From: Hypanus sabinus
Taxonomy: Eukaryota
Direction of reading: 5' to 3'
NCBI RefSeq assembly: GCF_030144855.1
Contig: NC_082731.1
Coordinates: 29,388,001-29,452,000 of the forward strand
DNA length: 64,000 nt
A program made the translations under genes and the position numbers. Shown here in pieces: positions 49,865 to 63,029 of the stretch (within the stretch, counting starts at the first letter, position 1; each line of letters starts with the position of its first letter). The notes under the pieces were generated by a model that was not told the DNA's origin, made no database searches, and worked only from the letters and a program-made list of their open reading frames with translations.

Positions 49865-52018
49865 CAGCCTACTGTGCTATTCCATGCCCTCACTTCAGGA
49901 AGTCAGATCACTTGGCTGTACTTCTCCTTCCTGAGTATAGGCAGAGACTGAAGACTGCAGCACCAGTAGTGAGGACCAAGAAGGTATGAACAAGGGAAGC
50001 ACAGGAGTGTTTACAGGACTGCTTTGAATCGGTGGTCTGGACCGTATTCAGGGATTCATCTCTGAATCTGGATGAGTATACTGCAATTATTACCAACATC
50101 ATTAAAACCTGTGTGAATGAGCGTGTGCCTACAGAGATTTGCTGTACATTCCCAAACCAAAAGCCGTGGATGAACTGGAGGTGCTCTTCTGCTGAAGCCT
50201 AGATCTGTGGCATTCGAGGCTGGCAACCCAGATCTGTACCAGAAAACCAGATACAACTTGCAGAGGATTATTTCAAGGGCAAAGAGACAATTTCGAATGC
50301 AGTTGGAGGCATTGGATTACAACAACACTGTTGTAAGACATTACTTCCTACAAAGCAAAACCCAATAGCATTGAATAGCAGTGATACTTCACTACCAGAA
50401 GAACTCTAAATCTTCTATGCCCGCTTTGAAAGGCAGAATATAACTACAGCTACGAAGATCCCTGCTGCACCCGGTGACCCTGTGATCTCTGTCTCGGAGG
50501 TCGATGTTAGCCTGTCTTTAAAAAAAGTGAACACTCGCAAGGCTGAAGACCCTGTCGGAGTACCTGGCAAAGCTCCAAAAACTTGGACCAACCAACTGGT
50601 GGGAGTATTCCAGGACATTTTCAACCTCTTACTGCTATGGGTGGAAGTTCCCACTTGCTTCAAAAAGTCAACAATTACACCCGTGCCTAATAAAAATAAT
50701 GTGAGCTGCCTTAATGACTATCACTCAGTAGCGATCACTTCTACAGTGATGAAATGCTTTGAGAGGTTGGTCATAACTAGATTGAACTCCTGCCTCGGCA
50801 AGGACTTGGACTCACTGCAATTTGCCTTTCGCTACAATAGGTTAATGGCAGACGCAATCTCAATGGCTCTTCATGTGGCTTTAGACCACCTGGACAATAC
50901 AAACACCTTTGTCAGGATGCTGTTCACCGATCATAGCTCAGAATTTAACACCATCATTCCCACAATCCTCACTCATAAGGTACAGAACCTGGGCCTCTGT
51001 ACCTCTCTCTGCAATTGGACCCTCGACTTCCTAACTGGAAGACCACAATTGATAACATCTCCTCTCGCTGACGATCAACACTGGTGGACCTCAGGGGTGT
51101 GTGCTTTGTTCACTGCTCTACTCTCTCTATATCCATGATTGTGTGGCTAGGCATAGCTAAAAATACCATGTATAAATTTGCTGAGGATACAACCATTGTT
51201 GGTAGAATCTCAGGTGGTGACGAGAGGGCGTACATGAGCTGGATATGCTAACTAGTGGAGTTGTGCCACAGCAACGACCTTGCACTCAACGTCAGTAACA
51301 TGAAAGAGCAGATTCAGGAAGGGTAAGATCATGGAACATGTACCAATCCTCACAGAGGGATCAGAAATGCAGACTGTGAGCCATTTCAAGTTCCTTGGTG
51401 TCAAGATCTCTGAGCTCCCAACCTAACCTGCTCCCAACATATCGATGCAGCTATACAGAAGGCAAGATAGTGACTATACTTTATTAGGAGTTTGAAGAGA
51501 TTTGTTATGTCAAGAAAAACACTCAAAAACTTCTGTGGATGTACTGTGGGTGGGCTGTTGCTACTACACAGGACCGAAAGAAGCTGCAGAGGGTCTTAAA
51601 TTTAGCTGGCTCTGTCTTGGGTACTAGCCTCCAAAGTACTCAGGACATTTTCAAGGAGCAGTGTCTTAGAAAGGCAGCGTCCATTATTAAGGACAACCAG
51701 CACCCAGGGTATGCCCCTTTCTCACTTTTACCATCAGGTAGGAGATACAGAATCCTGAAGGCACACACTCAGTGATTCAGGAACAGCTTCTTCCCCTCTG
51801 ACATCTGATTCCTAAATGGACATTGAACTGTGAACACTACCTTTTAGAATGTATATTACTTCTGTTTTTGCATGATTTTCAATCTATTCAATATATGTAT
51901 ATCGTGATTATTTTTCTTTTATATTATGTATTGCATTGAACTGCTGCTGCTATGTTAACAAATTTCACGACACATGGAGGTGATAATCAACCTGATTCTG
52001 ATTCTGATTGTGATTCTA
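49865..52018 (+). mobile_element. Rex1/Babar LINE, 5'-truncated
   Basis: PHFRKSDHL, ORF 50482-51138 (MKCFERLV, RMLFTDHSSEFNTI), tail of ATTCTG repeats. Confidence 0.82.
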
Positions 52019-52019
52019 T

Positions 52020-54860
52020 TTATAGACAAGAATAGGTATGGTCCTTGTAGAAGAGTTTTTAATTGAGTTTGTGCAATTTAGAAGGGCATTTGGCAGGAAC
52101 TAATAAGAGTTAATTAGGAACATCTTTTCTCTGGCTGACCACATCAGACATGTGGAGGGGGTTTAAAGAGCAATTGCACAGAGTGCAGGAAAGGTATGTT
52201 CCTGTCAGAAGGAAGGATGGGCATGGAAAGACAAGAGAACATTGGATGTCTCGGGAAGTGATGAATTTAGTCAAGAAGAAAAAGAAAATATATGTAAAGC
52301 TTCAGAAATCAGAATCAAAATGAAGCACATGAGGAGTATAAAGAAACCAGAAAGGAACTAAAGAGAATACAGAAAGCCAGGAGGGGCAGTGAAATGTCTT
52401 TAGCAAGTAGGATTAAGGTGAATCCCAAGGCGTTCTATACATACTTTAAGAGTAAGAGGATAACTCAGGAGATGATGGGACCACTCAAGCATAAAGAGGG
52501 GAACATTTGCTTGGAGCAGAGAATGTGAGTGAGATACGTCATGAGTACTTTGCTTCAGTATTTACCAAGGAAAAGGATGTGGAGGACCAGGAGATCAATG
52601 CTCAGTGTATAAATACATTACGGCGTTTGGAAGTCAAGGAAGCAGAAATGTTGGGCCTCCTAATCAAGTCAAGTCAAGTCAAGTCACTTTCATTGTCATT
52701 TCGACCATAACTGCTGGTACTGTACATAAAAAAAATGAGATGTTTTTCGGGACCATGGTGTTACATGACACAGTCCAAAAACTAGACTGAACAATGTTTA
52801 AAAAAAACATCACAGAGAAAGCTACGCGAGACTACAGACCTACACTGGACTGCATAAAGTGCACAAAAACAGTGCAGGCAATACAATAAATAATAAACAG
52901 GACAATAGGGCAAGGTGTCAGTCCAGGCGTCGGGTATTGAGGAGTCTGATAGCTTGGGGGAAGAAACTGTTACGTAGTCTGGTTGTGAGAACCCGAATGC
53001 TTTGGAGCCTTTTCCCAGACGGCAGGAGGGAGAAGACATTGTACGAGGGGTGCTTAGGGTCTTTCATGTTTGCGGATGCAGCGTGTAGTGTAAATGTCCA
53101 TGACAGCGGGAAGAGAGACCCCGATGATCTTCTCAGCTGACCTCACTATCTGCTGCAGGGTCTTGCAATCCGAGATGGTGCAATTTCCGAACCAGGCAGT
53201 GTTGCAGCTGCTCAGGATGCTCTCAATACAACCCCTGTAGACTGTGATGAGGGTGGGGTGTGGGGGATGGAACTTCCTGAGTCTTCGCAGAAAGTAGAGA
53301 CGCTGCTGGGCTTTCTTCGCTATGGAGCTGATGTTGAGGGACCAGGTGAGATTCTCCGTCTGATGCGGATTAAGATGGATGATTCCTCTGGGCCAGATGG
53401 GATTTACCCAAGGATATTGAAGGATGCAAGGGGTGAGATTGCTGAGGTCTTGATCAGTATCTTTGTGTCCTCTCTCCAGAGTACTGGAGAGCAGCTAATG
53501 TTGTACCTGTATCTAACAAGGGAAGAAGTGCAAATTCTCAGAACTATAGACCAGTGAGTCACATGTGAGTTGTAGAGAAATCGCTGAAGGAAAATCATAG
53601 GGATAGAATATCTGAGCACTTGGAAACCCATGGCCTAATTAGGGAGAGCCAGCATGGCTTTGTACATGGCAGGGCATGCCTGACCAACTTGATGAATTTT
53701 TTGACAAAGTGACAAGACAGACTAATGAGGGGAAGGCAGTGGTTGTTGTCCACATGGATTTTAGGAAGGCATTTGACAAAGTCCTTCATGGGAGGCTAAT
53801 TCAGAAGATTAAGATGCATGGGATCTGTGGCAAATTGTGTGTTTCGATTCAGAAGTAGCTTGCGCAGAGAAGACAGGAGTAGTGGTTGAAAAGACATTCG
53901 AGCCGGAGGTCTGTTGTTAATGGAGTGCTACAGGGATCTGTGCTGAGGTCTCTGCTGTGTGTAATGTATATAAATGATCTGGATGAAAATGCATGTGGGT
54001 GGGTTAGTCAATTTGTGGATGATTCCAAGATTGGTGGAGTTGTGGATAATGTAGAAGACTGGCAAACAATACAGCATGATATAGATCTGTTGCAGATATG
54101 GGCTGAGAAATGGCAGATGGAGTTTAACACAGATAAATGTGAGGTGTGACACCTCTGGAGGGAAAATGCAAGGAAACAGTACAGGGCAAGTTCCTCAACA
54201 GTGTTGCTGTGCAGAGAGATCTTGAGATCCAAGTTCAGACTCTCGAAACTGGCTGCAGAGGTCAATAAGATGGCTGACAATGTTTATGGAATTCTTGCTT
54301 TTATTAGTCAAGGCATTGCACTCAAAAGTGAGGATGCTGCCTGGAAACTCAACGTTAGGTCACACCTGGAGTATTGTGTACGGTTCTTGTTGCCCTACTA
54401 CAGGAAGGATGTTGAGGCTTTGGAGAGGGTGCAAAACAGGTTTACCAGGCTGCTGCCTGGTTTAGAGGGCATGTGCTATCATGACAGGCTGTTTAAACGG
54501 GTTGTGTTTCTGGACCATTGGTGGCTGAGGGCAGATCTGATGGAGATTTACAGGATTATGAGAGGCATGGACAGATTGCATGGAAAGTATCTGTTCCCCA
54601 GGGTTGAAATATCTATTACCAGAGGGCATGCATTGAATGTGTGAGTGGTAGATTTTATACTCAGAGAATTGTGGGTGCCTTGAATGTGCTGCCCAGGATG
54701 ATGGTAGAGCCAATTACATTACAGGCTTTGAAGAGGTGTTTGGATAGACAATGGATATAAGTAAGGAGAAATATGGAGATGGTGCAAGTAGGAGGGAATT
54801 GTGTTTGGGTGATTTTGATTTTCTTTTTGGCTGGTTCAGCAGAACATTGTGGGCTGAATG
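52020..54860 (+). mobile_element. Decayed CR1 ORF2 containing a minus-strand Rex1-like insert (about 52664-53365, CAAGT repeats)
   Basis: HMDFRKAFDKV and FVDDSK motifs; the insert begins caagtcaagtcaagtc. Confidence 0.75.
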
Positions 54861-54919
54861 GCCATTGTTGTATTAAATCATTTTGGTGCTGGATCCCAAG
54901 GGAAGGAATTTGAAGAATG

Positions 54920-55370
54920 CCTATGAGTTTGTTTTTTAGAGAGCTGTTGCAACTTTTTGATCAGGATGGTGTTCAGGGACCAGGAAATGTGGACACCAAG
55001 GAATTTGAAGCTTGATACACACTCCACTGCAGCTCCATTGATGCAGATGGGATGTGAGTGTGGCTCGTAGCATGCCTGATGTCCACAATGATCTCCTTGG
55101 TCTTCTGGGTGTTAAGGGACAGGTTGTTGTCGGCACTCCATGTAGCCAGGTGCTGGACCTGGTACCTGTAGGCAGTCTCGTCATCTCCTCTGATCAGGCC
55201 AACCACTGTGGTGTCGTCTGCGAACTTGATTATGGAGTTAGAAATGTGCAGGAGTGCAGTTATAGGTGAAAAGGGAGTACAGAAGAGGGCTCAGCACACA
55301 ACCTTGAGGCACACCTGTGTTCAGGGTGAGACTGGAGGAGGAGAGGTTATCTAACTTAACAGATTGGGGT
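54920..55370 (-). mobile_element. Rex1/Babar fragment
   Basis: MVGLIRGDDETAYR and NNLSLNTQKTKE motifs. Confidence 0.72.
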
Positions 55371-55715
55371 CTGTCAAATATTGAAGTGCCTCGAAAGAGT
55401 GGATGTGGAGTCATTGTTTCTTATGGTTGGGAAGTCTAAGAACAGAGGTCACAGTCTCAGAATAAATGATCATCCATTTAGAACAGAGATTACCAGGAAT
55501 TTATTTCACCAGAGGGTGGTGTATCTGTGGAAATCATTGCCATAGACAGCTGTGGAGGCCAAGTTATTGGGTTTATTTAAGGAAGAAAGGACATTGGGAG
55601 AAGCCAGGTGATTGGGGCTGAGAGGTAAATTCAATCAACCATGATGAAATTCTGGAACAGGCTCAATGGGCCAAATGGTCTCATTCTGCTCCTATATCTT
55701 TTCTTATGTTCTTAG

Positions 55716-55837
55716 TCAGGACATAAAACATTAGCCTAACCATGGATCACCCATAAGGTCTGAACTGGTATTCAGATTCTTTTTTTGAGGTGACCTCGGA
55801 GAATACTGATAGACATCTCTTCATGGGTTTCCATCTC
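55716..55837 (+). pseudogene. Second copy of the first DOMON-like exon, truncated by Gypsy
   Basis: Reads NISLTMDHP*GLNWYSDSFFEVTSENTDRHLFMGFHL and aligns to 11561-11683. It is preceded by a CR1 tail, as in copy A. Confidence 0.5.
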
Positions 55838-58800
55838 CAAGAATGAAGAAACGAAGCCCACCCCTAAAGGGGAAGAGAAGTATGAGACTTGGGCGAGGCA
55901 GACCTCTCAGTTGTTAGATGAGTGGCAGTGCTCTGATGATGTTAAATGTCAGCGATTAGCTGAAAGTTTGAGGGGGCGGGTGGCTGATGTTGTGAGAGCC
56001 GGGAAGTCCCAGTACCTCGTTCCCACTATTGCCACTAACATGCGAGCACTGGAAAATGCACTTGGCATGACAGGAAGCCCAATGGAGCTCATGACGGGGT
56101 TTCAGAACATGCGTCAGGAGAAGGGGGAGAAGCATTCTGCCTACCTCTTTCAGCTAGACTGGCAGCTGAATTGCTTGCAGTGCAGAGGGGCCATTCAGGC
56201 AGCTGAGGTGGATCAGTTAAGAGTGGACCAGATAGCAAAGGGCACCCAGTCCCAGGACCTGATCATTTGAGGTCTCCAACTATCTCATAAGACGCAACCC
56301 TCCCCCGCCCCCCCTTGTTTGTTGACCTGATCAGAGAAATACAAGAGGAGCAGAATGTCTTAGTCATCACGGATCACTACATCAGATATGCGCAGGCTTT
56401 CCCTACCAAGGATCAGAGGGTGTCCACAGTGGCCAAAGTGTTTTCGAAAGTTTTTTCATTTATTACGGCCTCCCCAGGTGGATACATAGTGATCAGGGAT
56501 GGGATTTCAACAGGAGGCTCATCCATCGACCAGCTGGAAAAATGGGCTGAAATGCACAGATGGTGTTTCATACAGACAAGTGTGAGGTATTGTACTTTGG
56601 AAGGAAAAATCAAGGTAGAACATACAAGGTAAATGGTAGGGCACTGAGGAGTGCAGTAGAACAGAGGGATCTAGGAATACAGATACAAAATTCCCTAAAA
56701 GTGCCATCACAGGTACATAGGGTAGCAAAGAGAGCTTTTGGTACATTGGCCTTGATAAATCAAAGTATTGAGTCAAAGAGTTGGAATATTATGGTGATGT
56801 TGTATAACACAATGCAGGAAGGATATTAATACGGTTGAAAGAGTGCAGAGAAGGATTACAAGGATGTTGCCAGGACTTGAGAAACTGAGTTACAGAGAAA
56901 AGTTGAATTGGTTAGGACTTTATTCCCTGGAGCTTGGAAGAATGAGGGGAGACTTGATAGAGATATATAAAATTATGATGGGTACAGATAGAGTGAACGC
57001 AAGCAGGCTTTTTACAGTGAGGCTAGAGGAGAAAAAAAACAGAGGACAGGGGTTAAGGGTGAAGGGGGAGAAGTTTAAAGGGAACATGGGGGCAGGGGCT
57101 TCCTTCACACAGAGTGTGGTGGGAGTGTGGAATGAGCTGCCAGATGAAGTTGTTAATGCGGGCTCACTTTTAACATTTAAGAAAAACTTGGACAGGTACA
57201 TGGATGAGAGGTGTATGGAGGGATCAGGGCCAGGTGCAGGTCAGTGGGACTAGGCAGAAAAATGGTTCAGCACAGCCAAGAAGGTCCAAAAGGCCTGTTT
57301 CTGTGCTGTAATGTTCTATGGTTCGATTAGTTACTGAGCATGCTGGGAGTCACGAAGTCAAGGACTACTCCTTATCACCCGCAGGGTGATCCCCAGCCTG
57401 AGAGGTTTAATCGGGCCTTGCTAGACATGCTCAGAACCTTGGAGGTCAGCAAGAAGAGCCGGAGGAGTCAACATATTGGACATCTGGCCCACTACTACAA
57501 CTGTACCCGAAATGAAGCAACTGGGCACTATCTGATGTTTGGGCGCGAGGCAAGGTTGTTCACTGACCCTTGTTTTGGGATGGAGAAGGATGACTGACCA
57601 CCAAAGAATTATCTGAAGTACGTGTCTGACATGCGACGGTGTTACACCAGCAAGGCGGTGGACGAACCCAAGTGCAGAACATGGCTGCGGAGGCAGAGTT
57701 GGGAGGCATCCTCGATGTAGCGAGTGTGGAATCGGTATCCAGGAGCAATGCTAGATGTAGAACTGGCAGTCCTTAGAAACATGAAACAGAGTTACTCACA
57801 CCAGAATCAACCACAAACCAGCAGCTCCTTGTTGTGATCACAGGGTTTTTATCTGCATTTGCTGATGGAAAGCATGTGTTTGTAGTTAGTGGAACCTGGG
57901 AATGATTGGAAATTAAACGAGGTGATTGAGGCCCAATTACTAAGGTAAATATCCAGGTGGGCGACTGTCAGAAGGGACCATGACAGAAGGGAGCTGAAAA
58001 GGGTTTATGAATTAGCTGGGGTCCTGGCTGCCAAGCAGAATCAAGGAAATAAGAGGAGGTTTCATCAGAAGGTTAGGATCTCCCAGCTCCTGGCAGGAGA
58101 CCGAGTCCGCATAAAGAATTTGGGGCTACCTGGAAAGCATAAGTTGGCTGACCACTGGGTGGCTATGCCCGATGTAGTGGAGAGCCAGATGCCAAATGTA
58201 CCAGTTTTCCAGGTGAAACCAGAGGATGGGAATGGTCAAGATTCTCCATCGGAACCACCTGGTGCCCCTGAGATAAGAGATGCGGGTTGACCCAGAGCCC
58301 AACCTGGAGCCTACACAGAGTAAGAGGACTCTGTGGTATCGCTGGGTGACTGAAAGGCCAACAACAGGAGAGATTAGACTGGCCCCCACCCCTAAATGGG
58401 GTACAGACTTGGAGGATGAGGAAATAGGGGTGTGGTATATGCCGAATTTGCTAACTCCCCACTGATTGAAGAAGAGATTCCGAACCCTTCTCCCATTGAG
58501 TCAGGTGAAATCTGTGGGGGAGGGTCTATCCGTGGACAGCTAGAGGTTGAGCGGGACCCCACAAGGGATGAAGTGGGGCTCGGCCAAGGGACAGAGGAGT
58601 CCGAGTCGCAGGAGGGCACGAGTAATAGACCGCGGAAGGCCTCTCCAGGTAGACCAGAAGTACCCCCAGTACTGAAGAGGTAGGTGAGGGGGTACGGCGG
58701 TCTTAAAGAATCAGGAGACCTCTGGATAGGCTGGCCTATGTAGCACCAGGGAGCAGAGCGGTGTCCCTACTGCTTTGGGGAGCTGTGTCACTGCCTTTTG

Positions 58801-59330
58801 CAGCCCGGTTGGACTTTGTGTTTTGCAGGAAGGAAATGAGTAAATTTGGTGGGGGGAGTCTGTAACATCCTGGGAAAGGTTTCACTGCTAATGTAATGGT
58901 TGTTCTGTAGCAGCAGTGTTTGGGCTATGACTAGAGTTAACGGCTTTGGAATGTGCGGTGTCCATTGAAGGGAGTGTTTGCTCTTGTGCCTGAGAGCAAC
59001 TGGTTCAAGGTCTTTTGTTCAGGGAAAGATGGAGAGAGAAGATGCCAGTATGAAGAGGCTGTAGACTGCAGGATGGAGTGGACTTGGAATGGGACCGGGA
59101 GTCGATGATGCCCGGGGGGAAATCCATGGAGGACTAACGGACAGGAAACCGTGAGCTCCAACGAGCACTTTAGACTGTTTCATTAAAATGGGCCCTTTTC
59201 CTTTTGTTTTTCTTACTAACCCTCTAGTCAAATTAAAAATTGTAAAGCTAAATCATTTAATTCTATACGGTGTACTGTTTGTTATTTCTTGATATTGATT
59301 GGTAACAGAGGAACACATCACACAAACGAG
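55838..59330 (+). mobile_element. Composite PNMA-gag Gypsy (copy 2) with nested CR1 and solo LTR
   Basis: Gag ORF 55911-56270, integrase pieces, nested CR1 at about 56525-57325, 3' LTR from about 58785; highly similar to copy 1. Confidence 0.85.
57640..57985 (-). repeat. Solo LTR of the Sushi-type element
   Basis: TGTTACA...CATGACA termini, flanks GACGG and GAAGG; the host frame D-M-R-R-E-L is restored on removal. Confidence 0.88.
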
Positions 59331-59369
59331 GTTTTGACCTTCGATGCAGGATTGAACATTTCTGGACGG

Positions 59370-60590
59370 GCATAGAAAGGGCATTCGGTGTTTTGAAGAT
59401 CTTTTCATAGATAAGCGCTTTGCAACTTCAGAACAATTCTCTGTAAAATGTGGCCTACCTAACACTCATTTCTTTAGACATCTCCAAATTATACATTTTA
59501 TCAACCCTTTAATACCAAATTTTCCTGAGGTACCCGTTAAAAATGTTGTGGATTTGTTTCTTCATGTGAATCCTTTGGGTAAAGGTTTAATTTCTACCAT
59601 TCCAGATATGTTAACGATGTTGAAGTGAGCTCCCTTCAACAAAATTAAAACTGCCTGGGCACATGATTTAAGTTTTTCTTTATTTGATGAGGTTTGGGAT
59701 TCAATTCTCAAGTCAGTTAATTCAACTTCTTTATGTGCCTTTCACAGTTCAAGGTGGTACACAGGGCTCATATGTCTAAAACCAAATTGTCGCGGTTCTA
59801 TCCTGATATTAATCCCTGTTGCGATAAGTGCAAACGGGGCAAGGCCTCTCTTATTCATATGTATTGGGCTTGTCCTAACTTGGAGAAATTCGGGAGTGAT
59901 TTTTTTAAACTTTATCTCACATACTTAATTGCTATTTGGAACCGAACCCTCTGATTGCTCTTTTCGGTACTTCGGGAGAAGCTGACATGCATTTAACTCC
60001 GACTAAGCGTTGTACATTGTCTTTTGCCTCTCTTTTGGCCAGACTTTGTCCTTCTTAGGTGGAGAGATGCTGCCCCACCCACTCGTGCTTCATGGCTGGG
60101 AGATGTTATGTCCTACTTAAACCTTGAAAAGATTCATTATTCACACTTTAATTCAGATATAAATTTCCAAAAGGTGTGTGGACCTTTTCTTGAATATTTT
60201 CATAATTCCCATTTAGATTAAGGGTGCATCTCTCCCTTTTTTTTTGCTTTTGCATTTAAATCCCTTACTTTCAGCTTCATACGGTTAAGATTTATGGCTT
60301 TTTGATGTGTAAGCATATTATAGTAGCCTATATACCTTTTCATAAATACAGCTCTGTGGTGATATAGTTCTGATTAACTTTTCTATATATCGTAAGGTTG
60401 GCTTGGAGTTGGGTAGTGGGAGGGTGGGGTGGTAACTAACTTCATACGACTCTGCTATGGGTGCTTTGCTTAATTGTTATGAATTGTACTTTGATACATT
60501 TGTTTTGTGCTGTATAATCCTTTTTATTGTTTTTTAGTTTTGTTGCATTGTAAAAACACAAAAAATTCATTTAAAAAAACAAACAAGAAG
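59370..60590 (+). mobile_element. L1/Tx1-like 3' fragment
   Basis: QFKVVHRAHMSK and CDKC...HMYWAC motifs; A-rich end. Confidence 0.8.
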
Positions 60591-60889
60591 TTTTGCACCT
60601 CAGATTTCACACGTTTGGTGGGGCCAGAGACTGACTTCCCTAGACTAACGCAGCCAGCCGAGCCTGAGCGTTACAATTCATTGTGGGTGTCTTGAGTGTG
60701 GACGTGAAGATGGAGGTATTTGAAAATTATATGTAATCAAAATGGAGCTTTCTGGATACACTATAACTACAGAATTGTCCTGCTGTTACATTTCAAAGTC
60801 ACAACAAGGACTTTACCTGTGATGGACTGGCCTGTATCCAGGACTTTTTGTAGGCTTTTCCATTCAAAGGGTTTCCATACCAGTCTGTG

Positions 60890-61205
60890 ATGCAACTCAC
60901 ACTCTCCTCCCACTGGTTCCCGTCCCCCACTACTCCCCTCTGCCCTCCGCACCTCCCTCCCTTTAGTTCATGCTCCACCTTCATTATCTTCAGCCTTTTG
61001 TAACTCCCACCCTCACCTACAACCTTCCAACGCTGTTCCCACTATCCATTCCCCATCTGCCTGTAAACCCGCTCACCTGGAGGCCCCTATCACCTGACAG
61101 CACTTGCTCTACCCCTCCCCTCGCCTCTTTACACCGGTCACCTCCCCTCTGTCTTTCACTCCACAGGAAGAGTCTCAACCTCAAACATCACGTCTCCATT
61201 TCCAC
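60890..61205 (+). repeat. Pyrimidine-rich Penelope-like 3' remnant
   Basis: C/T-rich stretch ending gaagagtctcaacctcaaacatca, related to the repeat at 146-305. Confidence 0.45.
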
Positions 61206-61337
61206 TCGAGATAGAGCATATTCTAAGCGTAAACTCGCTTTTGTTCCCAAAGTTTTCTGTTTTCGATCATAAAACTTGTAACCTTCACAATTTTACAGCT
61301 TTTCTGAAACAGCCACTTTAATTTGGTGAACCAAATG

Positions 61338-61706
61338 GACCTTTCTGAAAACTCCTCAAAAATTTTCAGAAAGGTCTCCGCCACTAAAAATAAAGTTGAC
61401 CAATGGTAGAGCAGGTCGTATGGTGGATCTACGTGAAACCCAATGGAGAGGAAAGGGAGGTGGAGATGGCGAAACGCGCGCTCCTCCAAGCAACCAATAG
61501 CGGCAGGCGGTCTGCATGATTCTCTAATCCGGTGAATGACGGGTGGGAGGACCCAAGGTCCTTTTAACCAATAGCGGTAAGAATAGAAACAGGAAAGCGG
61601 GACAATGGTTCACTGTATCTGCCTGACTTTTACTCTGTTGATTCCTTTCTCGCATTCAGTCATTGGTGGGGAATGGTCTGGGAATGTTTACATCTGACAA
61701 TCTCGC
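61338..61706 (+). promoter_or_regulatory. Putative CpG-containing promoter with four CCAAT boxes, acceptor site and ATG (copy C)
   Basis: CCAAT at 61400, 61440, 61494 and 61568; CTGAC plus pyrimidine tract plus AG at 61658-61659; ATG at 61673 (MVWECLHLTISQ). Confidence 0.5.
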
Positions 61707-61899
61707 AAACATCCTCTCCACATCAACTCTATCGGGGCCTTTCAATAGTCGATAGGTTTCTGAGGCTTTTATGGCGGTGAGCAAACAGCTTTAAGGTGCA
61801 TAACCGCCCCTTCTGAACGTATCTTGACCCACGTGTTTCATGTCACCCCATGTTTATATTTGTATCAATTTTTATTTAAAAAAGACCTGTGCTCTGAAG

Positions 61900-62967
61900 T
61901 AACTGCAGTATTATTTCAAGCAATAATCCTGTGATCCTTTCTGCAAAATGCTGATAACCTTAAATTTAATTTTATTCTGTGAGAACTTTAAAATCAGCCA
62001 CTCCCTCTCTTGATTATATCTCGTTGATTACTATATTCACACCTCCCATTGTTATGTTTCTTCATGAAAAACAATTTATTTTAAACCTTTGTGCTCAAAC
62101 CTCAGTCTCAATATTATCACCTCCTCCCTCCTGCTCTTTCCTGCATTCCTCAACCATCCCACTTCTCTCTGGATACTATTTTGAGTTGAATTAAGGTTTG
62201 TATTTTCCCACATACATTGTCTTTTCTTGCCTCTGAATGTAAATCTTGTAGGCTCCCGATTGTTGTGCTTGAATCAGACAATATTACAACTCTCATTGGT
62301 CTCATTTCCTCCACCCACTGAAAAGCGAATAGTCCAGTTGTCATTTCAGCTGAGAAATCATTATCTATCCTCACCTGCTTTTTCATGTTAAAATCAGGCA
62401 CCACCAATCCTACCCTAATCTACCATTAACATTCTTGAAGCATCTGTGCACATTTGTAAATATCCATAATAATTATTATTTACATACTATTCAACAATAC
62501 CATGATTTAAAATCACTTCTTTATTTTTCCATCCCTTTTGGAATAATTTAGGATCCATCTCTGGTGCTTCACACAGTCATGGAGACAGCCCAGGAAAAGG
62601 CTCTGTATCACTTGCTATTTATTACTAATTCCTGTCCCTTTCTGCTTTCCCTTCAATAGTCCATGCAAAACTTCAGAATTTCCTTTTCCCAGCATGGATC
62701 TAAAAGCTGTTTACTTGGATGATGTTCTCCAGGCCCTGGTAGGTTTACCCAATATGTTAACACAAGCTGTGTTCTTCTCAGTATCAGAGGTGTCTCCCCC
62801 AACTGCACCTTTGAATTATATCCAGTTTACTGAGCACACAGTGTGATGCTGATCCATATACCATACCTCCATAGGCTAGTACTGATCTTATTAATCCTGT
62901 ATATATTGCTTTCTAGGATTTCCTATCAGCTTCCCATTCCTTTCCTATTAAACACCTCATAACATTC
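61900..62967 (-). mobile_element. Nimb/I-clade fragment
   Basis: VILSDSST RNase H remnant; homologous to 7440-8550. Confidence 0.78.
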
Positions 62968-63029
62968 ATATAACATATATATAATGTCTACATTTAATTA
63001 ATAAAAAGAATGATAAAGAGAAGGAAGAA

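Noticed and set aside
55911-56270. Domesticated PNMA-like gene (and PEG10/RTL1-like gene at 4724-5143)
   Set aside because: Both are broken gag ORFs still attached to pol and LTR remnants.
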